Source: Chromatiales bacterium
GTDB lineage: Bacteria > Pseudomonadota > Gammaproteobacteria > CAMYNG01
Reading direction: 5' to 3'
Assembly (NCBI GenBank): GCA_027005735.1
Contig: JALTLF010000103.1
Location: forward strand, 1 to 63,568
Length of the DNA: 63,568 nt
The notes beneath the pieces are model-generated. The model was not told the DNA's origin. It made no database searches and saw only the letters and a program-made list of their open reading frames with translations. The position numbers were made by a program, and so were the translations under genes. Shown here piece after piece: positions 1 through 9,258 of the stretch; position 1 is the first letter of the stretch; every line of letters starts with the position of its first letter.

Positions 1-2
1 AC

Positions 3-602
3 GACCCGGATAAACTCGACGTGTTGCTGGTGCAGTTCGCCGTGCTCTACCGCGGCGGCGAGAAGCTGCAGATGTCCACGCGCTCGGGCGAGTTCGTCAC
101 CCTGCGCCAGCTGCGCAAGGAAGTGGGCTCGGACGCGGCGCGCTTCTTCTATGTCATGCGCAAGTGCGAGCAGCACCTGGACTTCGATCTCGATCTCGCC
201 CGCGAGCAGAGCAACGACAACCCCATGTACTACATCCAGTACGCCCACGCGCGGGTGTGCAGCGTGTTCCGCCAGCTGGGCGAGAAGGGCTACGAGTTCG
301 ATGAGCAGGAGGGCATCGCCAGCCTCACGCGGCTGGTCGAGGAACACGAACAGGCCCTGCTGCGGCGCCTGTCGGTCTACGCCGAGACGGTGGAGAGCGC
401 GGCGCTCAGGCACGAGCCGCACCAGATCACCCACTACCTGCGCGACCTGGCCAATGACTTCCACACCTATTACAACGCGCACCAGTTCATCGTCGCGGAC
501 AGCGCCCTGCGCAACGCGCGCCTGTGCCTCATCAGTGCCGCGCGCCAGGTCTTCGCCAACGCGCTGGGCCTGCTTGGCGTGAGCGCCCCGGAGTCCATGT
601 AG
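3..602 (+). CDS. argS: Arginyl-tRNA synthetase, C-terminal part (5' end outside window)
   Basis: [11 protein letters not shown] (KMSKS-like), DAARFFY and [12 protein letters not shown] anticodon-binding motifs; ends GVSAPESM; frame open to the window edge. Confidence 0.95.
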   Translation, partial: DPDKLDVLLVQFAVLYRGGEKLQMSTRSGEFVTLRQLRKEVGSDAARFFYVMRKCEQHLDFDLDLAREQSNDNPMYYIQYAHARVCSVFRQLGEKGYEFDEQEGIASLTRLVEEHEQALLRRLSVYAETVESAALRHEPHQITHYLRDLANDFHTYYNAHQFIVADSALRNARLCLISAARQVFANALGLLGVSAPESM

Positions 603-603
603 G

Positions 604-1203
604 ATGCCGCGCGACTACGCCAGGCAATCGTCCAACAAGCGTCCCCCCCTGCCGGGCTGGGTATGGCTCTCGGGGGGACTGTTCATCGGCCTGTTCGTCG
701 CCCTGCTGGTGTATCTCGACAAGCAGCCGGATATCCCACCGCCGCCCATGGAGGCCGTGGTGGACGACCTGAAAAAGAAGTCCCGCGATATCGCCGCCGA
801 GGTGCGCGAGGAGCTGGAGGAAGGCCAGCCCGGCGACGGCAACGCGCAGGAGCCGCGTTTCGATTTCTACCACATCCTCCCCGAGCTGGAGGTACCGGTG
901 CCCGAGACCGAACTGGTGGAGGAAAACGCGCGCGAGCGTGCGCCGGCGGCACGACCGAAGGCGAAGACCCGCTACCTCCTGCAGGCCGGCTCCTTCCGCG
1001 ACTACCGGGTGGCCGATCGCCTCAAGGCCTCGCTGGCCCTGCTCGGCCTGCAGGCGCACATCCAGACCGTGACCATCAACAAGACCGATACCTGGCACCG
1101 CGTGCGCGTGGGACCGTTCGATTCCGTGCGCGAGCTGGGCAAGGCGCGCAAGCGCCTGCAGGACAACGGTATCCAGCCCATCGTGCTCAAGCTGAAGGAG
1201 TGA
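604..1203 (+). CDS. SPOR-domain cell division protein (FtsN-like)
   Basis: N-terminal TM (GWVWLSGGLFIG), RFDFYHILPELEV motif, C-terminal SPOR (YLLQAGSF...WHRVRVGPF); directly follows argS. Confidence 0.85.
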   Translation: MPRDYARQSSNKRPPLPGWVWLSGGLFIGLFVALLVYLDKQPDIPPPPMEAVVDDLKKKSRDIAAEVREELEEGQPGDGNAQEPRFDFYHILPELEVPVPETELVEENARERAPAARPKAKTRYLLQAGSFRDYRVADRLKASLALLGLQAHIQTVTINKTDTWHRVRVGPFDSVRELGKARKRLQDNGIQPIVLKLKE

Positions 1204-1213
1204 GACCGCGGCC

Positions 1214-1897
1214 ATGCCCTACCTCGTGCTGCTGGTACTCATCCTTGCCGCCATCTACCTGCCCAACTTCTGGGCGCAACACACCTTCAGGCGCTACGCC
1301 GGTGAACGCGAGGACATCCCCGGCAGCGGCGGTCAACTGGCGCGCCACCTGCTGGATCGCTTCGAGATGGGGGAGGTAAAAGTCGAAACCACCGAGGCCG
1401 GCGATCACTACGACCCGCAGGCGCGCGTGGTGCGCCTGAGTCCGGACAACTTCAACGGCCGCTCCCTGACCGCCATCGCCGTGGCCGCCCACGAGGTGGG
1501 CCATGCCATCCAGCACCACCGTGGCGAACGCCTGCTCGCCCTGCGCACGCGACTGGTGGGCAAGGCCAATGCCGCGCAGAAACTGGGGGCCGGGATCCTC
1601 ATGGCCGCGCCGGTGCTGATGCTGGTGTCACGCTCGCCGTGGATAGGCCTGTTGATGCTCGCCGCCGGACTGCTCAGCATGGGCGCGGCCACCGTGGTGC
1701 ACCTTGTCACCCTGCCAGTGGAGATCGACGCGAGCTTCGGCAAGGCCCTGCCCATCCTCACCGAGGGCGACTACGTGCGCGAACGGGACCGGCCGGCCGT
1801 GCGCCGCATCCTCAGGGCCGCGGCCTTTACCTACGTTGCCGCCTCGCTGGCCAGCCTGCTCAACATCGCACGCTGGATCGCCCTGTTCCGGCGCTAA
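1214..1897 (+). CDS. Membrane zinc metallopeptidase (YugP-like)
   Basis: DHYDP motif, AAHEVGHA (HExxH), TLPVEIDAS and AAAFTYVAA; the TAA stop is the left end of MITE copy 1. Confidence 0.85.
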   Translation: MPYLVLLVLILAAIYLPNFWAQHTFRRYAGEREDIPGSGGQLARHLLDRFEMGEVKVETTEAGDHYDPQARVVRLSPDNFNGRSLTAIAVAAHEVGHAIQHHRGERLLALRTRLVGKANAAQKLGAGILMAAPVLMLVSRSPWIGLLMLAAGLLSMGAATVVHLVTLPVEIDASFGKALPILTEGDYVRERDRPAVRRILRAAAFTYVAASLASLLNIARWIALFRR

Positions 1898-2102
1898 ATA
1901 CGTGTTCCGAATTCCCGATCAACTGAGAATAAGCGGATTGCCCTATCTGCCTGTCTCTCGCCGGGGTGGTGTTTACGGACACGCGGTACATACGTCCCTG
2001 TACGCTCGACAGCCGCTTCCCTGCGGCTGACGGTCCGTAAACACCACCCCGGTGAGAGCCTGATGTCGGTAAACTGTAGTGGAATTCGAAACACGTATTT
2101 AG
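1894..2102. mobile_element. Palindromic MITE-like element, copy 1 (subtype A)
   Basis: 22-bp terminal inverted repeats CTAAATACGTGTTCCGAATTCC / GGAATTCGAAACACGTATTTAG; internal 26-bp inverted repeat and central CAGCCGC/GCGGCTG hairpin; homologous copies at 5801, 36542, 40282 and 63373. Confidence 0.85.
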
Positions 2103-2207
2103 GCCCGGCACGCCCGCCGACCGAATACAGGGCACCCGAAACCGGGGAATGTCCAAGCAAAACGCCGGGGCCCTGCCCCGGCGTTGCGTGTCGATGGCCC
2201 GAGCGGC

Positions 2208-3824
2208 TCAGGTGCGGAAGGTGCTCACCAGGCCCTGCAGTTCCTCGGCCAGCCGCTCCACGTCCTGCGACGAGGCCGCCACGTGTTCGGCGCCCTGTGC
2301 TGCCTGCACCGAGAGGGTGCTGATGGACACGACGTTCTGGTTGATCTCCTCGGCCACGCTGGACTGCTCGTTGGCGGCATTGGCGATCTGGGTATTCATC
2401 TCCGCGATGCGTGATACCGCCGCGGTGATGGCGGCCAGCGCTTCGCCCGCGCGACCCGCGCGCTCCACGGTCTGCTCGGTCTGGGCCTGACCCTGTTCCA
2501 TTTCCTGCACCGCCGCCTTGGCCCCGGCCTGGAGGCGTTCGATGGTTTCCTGGATCTCCTCGGTGGACTGCTGGGTACGCGATGCCAGGGTGCGTACCTC
2601 GTCGGCCACCACGGCGAAACCGCGTCCCTGTTCCCCGGCGCGCGCCGCCTCGATGGCCGCATTGAGGGCCAGCAGGTTGGTCTGTTCGGCGATCCCGCGG
2701 ATCACGTCCAGTACCGCGCCAATGGCCTCGGCATTCTCCTCCAGCGAGTGAATGGCCTGGGCGACACTGCCCACCTGCCGCGACAGGTGGTTGATGGCGT
2801 CCACCACTTCGCCCACCACGCGGCTGCCGTTGCCGGCCTCCTGGTCGGCGGACTGCGCCGCCTCGGAAGCCTCGCGGGCATGCCGCGCCACTTCCTGGAC
2901 CGTGGCCGCCATCTGGTTCATGGCGGTGGCCACCTGTTCGATCTTGCTTTCCTGCTGGTTGACGTTGAACTTGGTATCCACCGCCAGTTCGGTCATGTCC
3001 CGGGAGGATTGGGTGAGACGCTGGCCGGTTTCACCGACCTGGGAGACCACGCCGCGAAGCTTGTCCACGAAACGGTTGAATGCATTGGCCAGTCGCCGCG
3101 TTTCCCCCGCCCCGTCTTCCGGCAGACGGCGGCTGAGATCCCCCTCGCCGGAGGCCACGTCTTCCAGGGAGGTGACCACCTGCGCCAGCGCCGCAGCGAT
3201 GGCGCGGGTGGTAAAGAAGGCCACCAGCACGGCGATGATCACCGCGGCCACGCCCAGCACCAGCGCCAGGCCCGTGGCGGCGTGCTCCGAGTCCAGCGCC
3301 GCGGCCCCGGCCTCCGCGGCCGCCTGTTCCTCCGCCCGCAGCAGTTTTTGCACCGCGATACGCACCTTCTGCCAGGGTGGATGCTCCTCGGTGGTCAGTA
3401 CGCGGAAGGCCTCCTCGGTATTGCCTTCGCGCATCAGCGCCAGCACCCTGAGCTTGGCGGCGCGGCTTTTCTTCCAGTGCTGTCCCACCCCCGCCAGGGC
3501 CTCGCGGGTGGCGTCATCGGGGGCCAGTTCCAGCGCACGCGCATAGGCGGCATCGAAACGCTCGATGGCCGCCGGCACCACCTTGAAGGGCTTTTTCAGG
3601 TGCGGCTTGAGAACCAGGTTGCGCAGGGCCACACCCGAGAGCAGGCCGTCGGAGAACATCTGCTGGTAGGCGGTCTGGCGCTGGTAGTTCCCCTCGAGGA
3701 AGCCGTTGAAGCGATTGCCCACGTCGCCCAGCCCGTTGACCGCGACACCCAGCGCTCCCACGAAGAGCACGATAATGATGGAAAAGCCCGCCACCAGGCG
3801 GGCGCGAAGACTGAGATTGCGCAT
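2208..3824 (-). CDS. Methyl-accepting chemotaxis protein
   Basis: Two TM segments, HAMP, and signalling hairpin [34 protein letters not shown]. Confidence 0.95.
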   Translation of the reverse strand: MRNLSLRARLVAGFSIIIVLFVGALGVAVNGLGDVGNRFNGFLEGNYQRQTAYQQMFSDGLLSGVALRNLVLKPHLKKPFKVVPAAIERFDAAYARALELAPDDATREALAGVGQHWKKSRAAKLRVLALMREGNTEEAFRVLTTEEHPPWQKVRIAVQKLLRAEEQAAAEAGAAALDSEHAATGLALVLGVAAVIIAVLVAFFTTRAIAAALAQVVTSLEDVASGEGDLSRRLPEDGAGETRRLANAFNRFVDKLRGVVSQVGETGQRLTQSSRDMTELAVDTKFNVNQQESKIEQVATAMNQMAATVQEVARHAREASEAAQSADQEAGNGSRVVGEVVDAINHLSRQVGSVAQAIHSLEENAEAIGAVLDVIRGIAEQTNLLALNAAIEAARAGEQGRGFAVVADEVRTLASRTQQSTEEIQETIERLQAGAKAAVQEMEQGQAQTEQTVERAGRAGEALAAITAAVSRIAEMNTQIANAANEQSSVAEEINQNVVSISTLSVQAAQGAEHVAASSQDVERLAEELQGLVSTFRT

Positions 3825-3878
3825 GAAGGAAAATCCCCGACAAATTTCAGTGATTTATGGGCGGCTGCCCTGTCAGGG

Positions 3879-3905
3879 ATATCGGCAGGCCGACGCGGGG
3901 CTTGA
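3879..3905 (-). promoter_or_regulatory. Sigma28 (FliA) promoter of the MCP gene
   Basis: Minus strand reads TCAAG-N14-GCCGATAT, about 55 bp upstream of the MCP start; matches the FliA consensus. Confidence 0.65.
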
Positions 3906-3955
3906 ATGATCCGGGTGACGGGCGCACGGACCCATCCCGGCCACTCGCCCCGGTC

Positions 3956-4459
3956 TCACTGTTGTGCCGACCACAGCTCCATCAACTCCGCCTCGACGGC
4001 CTTGCGTTGCTGGTAACGTTGCCTGATCTCGGGAACATACTGCCCGGCGACGATCTCGAGCCTTTCCTCCGTTCTTTCCATCTCCTTGCCCACCTCGCGA
4101 TCGAAGCGCGCCATCGACTCCGCGACGGATTCCCGGTCGGCACCGGGCCGGGGGGTTTGCATGTAGTTGTACACCGCCTCGTAGGCACGCAGCGCCTCGG
4201 CCCACGCGAGCTGGAAGTCAACCGGAGTGTCGCTCACGTCGATGCGTTTCCAGACAATGAGCATGCCCTCCACGTCGCCACCACCCTGCGTGACATATTT
4301 CTGCCTGGCGGCATCCAGCGCTTCCATCGCCTGCGCGACCCGAGCCTCTTCACTGGATGCGGAACAGGCGGTGAGTCCCACGAGGATTGACACCACCATT
4401 GCCACGGCAAAAACCAGCGGTAAACCGGATGTCTGTCGTTGTTTCCTGTACATCTCCAT
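3956..4459 (-). CDS. Hypothetical lipoprotein
   Basis: Hydrophobic signal ending in lipobox LTAC, followed by a helical charged body. Confidence 0.65.
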   Translation of the reverse strand: MEMYRKQRQTSGLPLVFAVAMVVSILVGLTACSASSEEARVAQAMEALDAARQKYVTQGGGDVEGMLIVWKRIDVSDTPVDFQLAWAEALRAYEAVYNYMQTPRPGADRESVAESMARFDREVGKEMERTEERLEIVAGQYVPEIRQRYQQRKAVEAELMELWSAQQ

Positions 4460-4661
4460 TCTCCTGTGTGCCTGACCTAAAGGTAGGTATGAGAAAAAGC
4501 GGCCTGATGGCTGCCACCGGCTCGTCCTGTGAAACGCAGAAGGACGCCGCAGGTGTCATGATCACGCCGGGAAAATGCCGTATCGGGAGACGGCCAGTGA
4601 CAGGCGGCCGGAGGGGGCAATCCGAATCGAGCCCGGGTGATGGCCACGCCGGCGCGCACCG

Positions 4662-4940
4662 TCAACCGAAATCGTAGTGTTTCCTCACGGGCTTGAGGAT
4701 CTTCCAGTGGCAGGCCATGCCGCGCGGGAAGACGACGAGATCGCCGGCGCCCATGTGCACCGGACTGCCGTCCTCGGGGGTGACCACCACTTCACCCTCG
4801 AGGAAGTAGCAGGTTTCGGTTTCTTCGTAATACCAGGGGAACTCGGAGGTTTCCTTTGTCCAGATGGGCCAGTCGCGCACACCACGCTCGCACAACAGGT
4901 CCTCATCGGGTTCCCGGAAGATGGTGATCGGCTCGCACAT
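4662..4940 (-). CDS. Small cupin-domain protein (DUF861-like)
   Basis: WPIWTKE..FPWYY..ETCYFLEGEVVV..GAGDLVVFPRG..C.WKI pattern; start assigned to MCEPITI. Confidence 0.85.
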   Translation of the reverse strand: MCEPITIFREPDEDLLCERGVRDWPIWTKETSEFPWYYEETETCYFLEGEVVVTPEDGSPVHMGAGDLVVFPRGMACHWKILKPVRKHYDFG

Positions 4941-5010
4941 GGTACGCCCTCCCAACAGCCGTCGGTACGCCGACCGCCGGCGCCGGGCACCGGTTTTCGG
5001 AGTACCGTGG

Positions 5011-5688
5011 TCAGAAATCGACGACGACGCTGACCCCCAGGTTGAGGACCGACACGCCGTCGGCGTAACGGTAGTCAACCCGATAGTACTCCAGTTCACC
5101 CCGCACGGAGAAGGTCTGATCGATGCGGTACTGGGCGCCGAAGCCGAGGAAGATATCGAGACCCGCCTCGTTCAGCTGGCGGGTGGTGATGGCATTGCCC
5201 TGCTGGTTGGGGATGTTTTCCAGTGACAGGTCGGTATCCCACAGCAGCAGGCCCAGCTTGCCGATGAGATCGAGATCCTGCATCGGGCTGTAGCGACCCA
5301 CCACGGAGACATGCACGCCGTTGCCTTCGCCACGACCGGCGACATCGGCGTCAGCACCATCGATCAGGTAGAGGGTTCCCGTGCCGTCCGTGGTGCCGGT
5401 GAATTCGGGCTTGGGCAGATCGATGTAGCCGAACTCGATGGCCAGCGGGAAGGGGATGAGGTCCCACGCGAGGGGGTGGCCGACGAAGAACTTCTTGCTC
5501 AGGCCACCACCGTTCTCGGTAGTGTTGGAGAGGCTGCCGTCGTTGATGACGCCGAGATCCACGTTGGCGAAACCGATGCCGGCGCCGCCGTACCAGTCGG
5601 TTTCGATACCCTTCGCCCCGGCGCCGCCGGGGATGCCCAGCCACAGGGCAAGGGCCGCCAGAAAGGGAACCACTCGACCGAGGGACAT
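5011..5688 (-). CDS. Outer-membrane beta-barrel protein (OmpA-like transmembrane domain)
   Basis: Signal peptide MSLGRVV..AGA, WYGGAGIG, AIEFGYIDL, FSVRGELEYY and terminal Phe. Confidence 0.8.
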   Translation of the reverse strand: MSLGRVVPFLAALALWLGIPGGAGAKGIETDWYGGAGIGFANVDLGVINDGSLSNTTENGGGLSKKFFVGHPLAWDLIPFPLAIEFGYIDLPKPEFTGTTDGTGTLYLIDGADADVAGRGEGNGVHVSVVGRYSPMQDLDLIGKLGLLLWDTDLSLENIPNQQGNAITTRQLNEAGLDIFLGFGAQYRIDQTFSVRGELEYYRVDYRYADGVSVLNLGVSVVVDF

Positions 5689-5800
5689 GCCTCTCTCCCG
5701 CTTATTTTCCTTGTTCATCAGGCGATTATACGCAAGAAGCCCGACGGCGCGCACGCCCCGTCCCGGCAAAGGGGACGCAGGTCTCATTTTTGCCGCCGAC

Positions 5801-6008
5801 CTAAATACGTGTTCCGAATACCCGATCACCCTGGAATAGCCGGATTGCCTCGTTTGCCTGTCTCTCTCCGGGGCAAGGTTTACGGACACGCGGTACATAC
5901 GTCCCTGTACGCTCGACAGCCGCTTCCCTGCGGCTGACGGTCCGTAAACCTTGCCCTGGAGAGAGTTCGCACCTGTAAACTGTACTGGAATTCGGAACAC
6001 GTATTTAG
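5801..6008. mobile_element. Palindromic MITE-like element, copy 2 (subtype B)
   Basis: CTAAATACGTGTTCCGAAT...ATTCGGAACACGTATTTAG, 208 bp; the right end forms the TAA of speA. Confidence 0.85.
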
Positions 6009-7897
6009 TCTTCCAGGTAGGTATAACCCCGCATGCCCGCTTCCAGCTCCTCGAGCAGGGCGCGGCGCTGCGCCGCCGCCAGGCGGCTCTCGCCCAGCTT
6101 GCCACGCAGGCGCGCCAGCAGGGCCTCCGGGTCGAAGTGCACGTAGCGCAGGACACTCTCCACCGTGTCGCCGTGCAGCGGCTCCACCATGCGCGGCCGG
6201 CCCGCCGCGTCGATGACCACGTGCACCGAGTGGGTGTCGCCGAACAGGTTGTGCATGTCGCCGAGGATCTCCTGGTAGGCACCGACGAGAAAGATCCCGA
6301 GGTAGTAGGGCTCGCCGGGGCGCAGCTCGTGCAGGGGCAGGGTGGACTCCACCCCCGCGGCATCCACGTAGTCGTCGATGCGGCCGTCGGAGTCGCAGGT
6401 GATGTCCTCGAGCACCGCGCGACGCGTGGGCCGCTCGTCGAGGCGATGCAGGGGCACGATGGGAAAGATCTGCTTGATGGCCCAAACGTCGGGCAGGGAC
6501 TGGAAGATGGACATGTTGCAGAAATAGCGGTCGGCGAGCTTGTCGTTGAGTTCATCGAGCAGTTGCCGCTGGGAAGCGCTGCCGGGGGGGAGGCGGTCGC
6601 GCACGCGCCGGGCGATGGCCTGGTAGAGCAGCTCGGCGCGGGCGCGGGCAGCGAGATCCAGCTCACCGCGGGTGTAGGCGGCCTCCACGGCATCGAGGCG
6701 CTGGCGCGCGGCAAGATAGATCTCGCGAGGCGCGCACTCGGGGGCGCCGGCCTCGAGAGACCGGAGATCGGCATACAGCGCCGCCACCGGCGGCGGGGCG
6801 GGGCCGCTCTCCGGCGGCGGCACCACCTCGCCCACCGCGGCGCGATCGATGACGTTGGTGATGAGCACCGCGTGATGGGCGGTGAGCGCGCGGCCGGACT
6901 CGCTCATGATGTCCGGCGGCGTCAGGCCCTGTTCGCGGCACACGCTGGCGAGGCTGCCGACGATGGCGCGGGCATACTCGTCGAGGCCGTAGTTCATGGA
7001 GAACTCGTCGCGCGAGCGCGTGCCGGCGTAGTCCACGCTGAGTCCCCCGCCCACGTCCACGCAGTCCGGCGTGGCGCCCAGGCGATGCAGCTCGGCGAAA
7101 TAGCGCGCCGCCTCCGCCATGCCCCGCGCGATGTCGTCGAGGTTGGCGATCTGCGAACCCATGTGCACATGCAGCATGCGCAGGCAGTCCAGTCGTCCCG
7201 CGGCACGCAGCTCCTCCACCGCCTGCAGGACCTGGCAGGCGGTGAGGCCGAACTTGGCCTTCTCGCCGCCGGTGTTCTGCCACTTGCCGCGGGCGATGGC
7301 GGCCAGGCGCAGGCGCAGGCCGAGGCGCGGGCTCACTTCCAGGGCACGGGCCTCCTCCAGTACCAGGGCCAGCTCCGAGGGCTTTTCGATGACGATGTAT
7401 ACACGGTGGCCGAGGGACTGGCCGAGCAGGGCGAGGCGGATGTACTCGCGATCCTTGTAGCCGTTGCAGACGATGGTGCCCCCCGGCGCGGCCAGCGCCA
7501 GCACCGCCAGCAGCTCCGGCTTGCTGCCTGCCTCCAGCCCCATGCCCTCGCCGCTGGCAAGCAGTTCCTCCACCACGCGGCGCTGCTGGTTGACCTTGAC
7601 GGGATAGACGGCGGTATAGCGGGCGGCGTAGTCCTGCGCCGCCATGGCGCTGCGGAAGGCCGCCATGAGGGCCCGTGCGCGGCCCTGCAGGATGCCGGGG
7701 AAGCGCACCAGCACCGGCGGCGAGAGCCCCTCCGCCTGCAACTGCCCGACGAGGGCATGCAGATCCACGCCGGCGTGCCCGTCCTCGCCGTCGGGGCGGA
7801 CCACCAGGTGGCCCCGCTCATCCACGTCGAACAGGCCTTCTCCCCAGCGGGGCAACTGGTACATGGCGCGGGCGTCGTCGGGGCTCCAGGCTGTCAT
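6005..7897 (-). CDS. speA: Biosynthetic arginine decarboxylase
   Basis: YPVKVNQ (PLP lysine), GLEAGSKPEL, HVHMGSQI, DVGGGL, TCDSDG and GAYQEILG. Confidence 0.95.
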   Translation of the reverse strand: MTAWSPDDARAMYQLPRWGEGLFDVDERGHLVVRPDGEDGHAGVDLHALVGQLQAEGLSPPVLVRFPGILQGRARALMAAFRSAMAAQDYAARYTAVYPVKVNQQRRVVEELLASGEGMGLEAGSKPELLAVLALAAPGGTIVCNGYKDREYIRLALLGQSLGHRVYIVIEKPSELALVLEEARALEVSPRLGLRLRLAAIARGKWQNTGGEKAKFGLTACQVLQAVEELRAAGRLDCLRMLHVHMGSQIANLDDIARGMAEAARYFAELHRLGATPDCVDVGGGLSVDYAGTRSRDEFSMNYGLDEYARAIVGSLASVCREQGLTPPDIMSESGRALTAHHAVLITNVIDRAAVGEVVPPPESGPAPPPVAALYADLRSLEAGAPECAPREIYLAARQRLDAVEAAYTRGELDLAARARAELLYQAIARRVRDRLPPGSASQRQLLDELNDKLADRYFCNMSIFQSLPDVWAIKQIFPIVPLHRLDERPTRRAVLEDITCDSDGRIDDYVDAAGVESTLPLHELRPGEPYYLGIFLVGAYQEILGDMHNLFGDTHSVHVVIDAAGRPRMVEPLHGDTVESVLRYVHFDPEALLARLRGKLGESRLAAAQRRALLEELEAGMRGYTYLED

Positions 7898-8055
7898 GGG
7901 GCGGGGGTTTCCCGGTTGGTGGGCTTGGGCGGCAAGTGTACCAATAGCCGGTACAATGGGGCGACCGCCGGAGGACTTGCCGCCGGCCGGCGGCATGGAG
8001 TAAGGTGCCGCGCCCGTTGCCGGCCCGGCAAGCACCAGCCCGAGGAGAACCCCGC

Positions 8056-8910
8056 ATGCGCCAGACCATCGACGACCGCCACTGGTTCACCGAGCCCTGC
8101 GAGGAAGGCGGCTCGGCCTTCTCGTTCCGGCTCGGCCCCGGCGGCAAGCTGCACGAGGAAACCACGCCCTACCAGACCATCGCCATCTACGACACGGCCT
8201 TCTACGGCACGCTCATGGTCATCGACGGCTTCGTCATGCTCTCGGCGCGGGACAACTTTCTCTACCACGAGATGATGAGCCACCCGGTGCTGTTCACCCA
8301 CCCGGCGCCCAGGCGCGTGCTCATCATCGGCGGCGGCGACTGCGGCACCCTGCGCGAGGTGCTGCGCCACCCCGGCGTGGAATCGGCCGTTCAGGTGGAG
8401 ATCGACGAGCGCGTCACGCGCCTGGCCGAGCAGTACTTCCCGGAGCTGTGCGAAGCCAACCACGACCCGCGCGCGCAATTCCGGTTTACCGATGGCATCA
8501 AGTGGGTGGAGGAGGCCGAGGCCGGCAGCTACGACGTCATCATCGTCGACAGCACCGATCCCATCGGCCCCGCCGAGGGCCTGTTCCAGGAACCCTTCTA
8601 CCGCGCCTGCCACCGCGCGTTGGGCGAGGATGGCCTGCTGGTACAACAGAGCGAATCGCCCCTCTACCACGCAGAGCTGATGCGCGACATGGCCGCCGCC
8701 ATGCGCGCCGGGGGCTTTGCCGCCACCCACAGCCTGTACTTTCCGCAGCCGGTTTACCCTTCGGGCTGGTGGAGCGCCACGCTGGCGGGCAAGCACGATT
8801 CGCTGACCACCTTCCGCGAGGCCGACGTGGATGCGCGGCCCTTCGCCACGCGCTACTACAACCGCGACATTCACCGCGGCGCGCTGGCCACGCCGGAATT
8901 CATGATGTAG
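8056..8910 (+). CDS. speE: Spermidine synthase (polyamine aminopropyltransferase)
   Basis: YHEMMSH, VLIIGGGDCGTLREV, VEID, DSTDPIGPA and YPSGWW; GAGGAG RBS before ATG 8056. Confidence 0.95.
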   Translation: MRQTIDDRHWFTEPCEEGGSAFSFRLGPGGKLHEETTPYQTIAIYDTAFYGTLMVIDGFVMLSARDNFLYHEMMSHPVLFTHPAPRRVLIIGGGDCGTLREVLRHPGVESAVQVEIDERVTRLAEQYFPELCEANHDPRAQFRFTDGIKWVEEAEAGSYDVIIVDSTDPIGPAEGLFQEPFYRACHRALGEDGLLVQQSESPLYHAELMRDMAAAMRAGGFAATHSLYFPQPVYPSGWWSATLAGKHDSLTTFREADVDARPFATRYYNRDIHRGALATPEFMM

Positions 8911-9240
8911 GAGCTCCGTCCCGGCGCGAAGTTTAGCGCAGATCCATCGCGGCGAGGGCGCGGCTCCTACGGATCGGCGAAACCCCTTACTGCTGCAGGA
9001 ACGCTGCCTCGACGCGATTGCCCGGCACCGCTGTCGCCGCGAGGGCGCGGCTCCTACGGATCGGCGAAACCCCTTACTGCTGCAGGAACGCTGCCTCGAC
9101 GCGATTGCCCGGCACCGCTGTCGCCGCGAGGGCGCGGCTCCTACGGATCGGCGAAACCCCTTACTGCTGCAAGAACGCTGCCTCGACGCGATTGCCCGGC
9201 ACCGCTGTCGCCGCGAGGGCGCGGCTCCTACGGATCGGCG
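8907..9240. repeat. GTAG-type REP cluster / BIME-like array with 87-bp tandem period
   Basis: Unit starts at 8952, 9039, 9126 and 9213; contains the reverse complement of GTAGGAGCCGCG-CCCT-CGCGGCGA alternating with a degenerate forward REP (GCAGGAACGCTGCCTCGACGCGA); the first REP overlaps the speE stop. Confidence 0.85.
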
Positions 9241-9258
9241 GTTTTCACTCGGGAACGA

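Noticed and set aside
1860-2160. Small ORFs containing KYVFRI or LNTCSEF peptides (also 36469-36768, 40244-40490)
   Set aside because: Translations of the MITE itself, not independent genes.
4460-4660. Riboswitch upstream of the lipoprotein gene
   Set aside because: Some hairpin potential, but I could not match the conserved cores of c-di-GMP or other known riboswitches; an Rfam scan would settle it.
5011-6774. 587-aa ORF as a single gene
   Set aside because: It is an off-frame overlap of speA plus read-through across MITE copy 2; only 5011-5688 has a signal peptide and barrel features.
5951-8275. Long antisense ORFs (also 10077-12212, 44079-45686, 49812-51626, 56861-58699, 60805-62379)
   Set aside because: Shadow frames opposite well-supported genes in GC-rich DNA, with no motifs.
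8952-9240. CRISPR array
   Set aside because: The units between repeats are identical rather than unique spacers, the repeat is a GTAG REP hairpin, and no cas genes are present.
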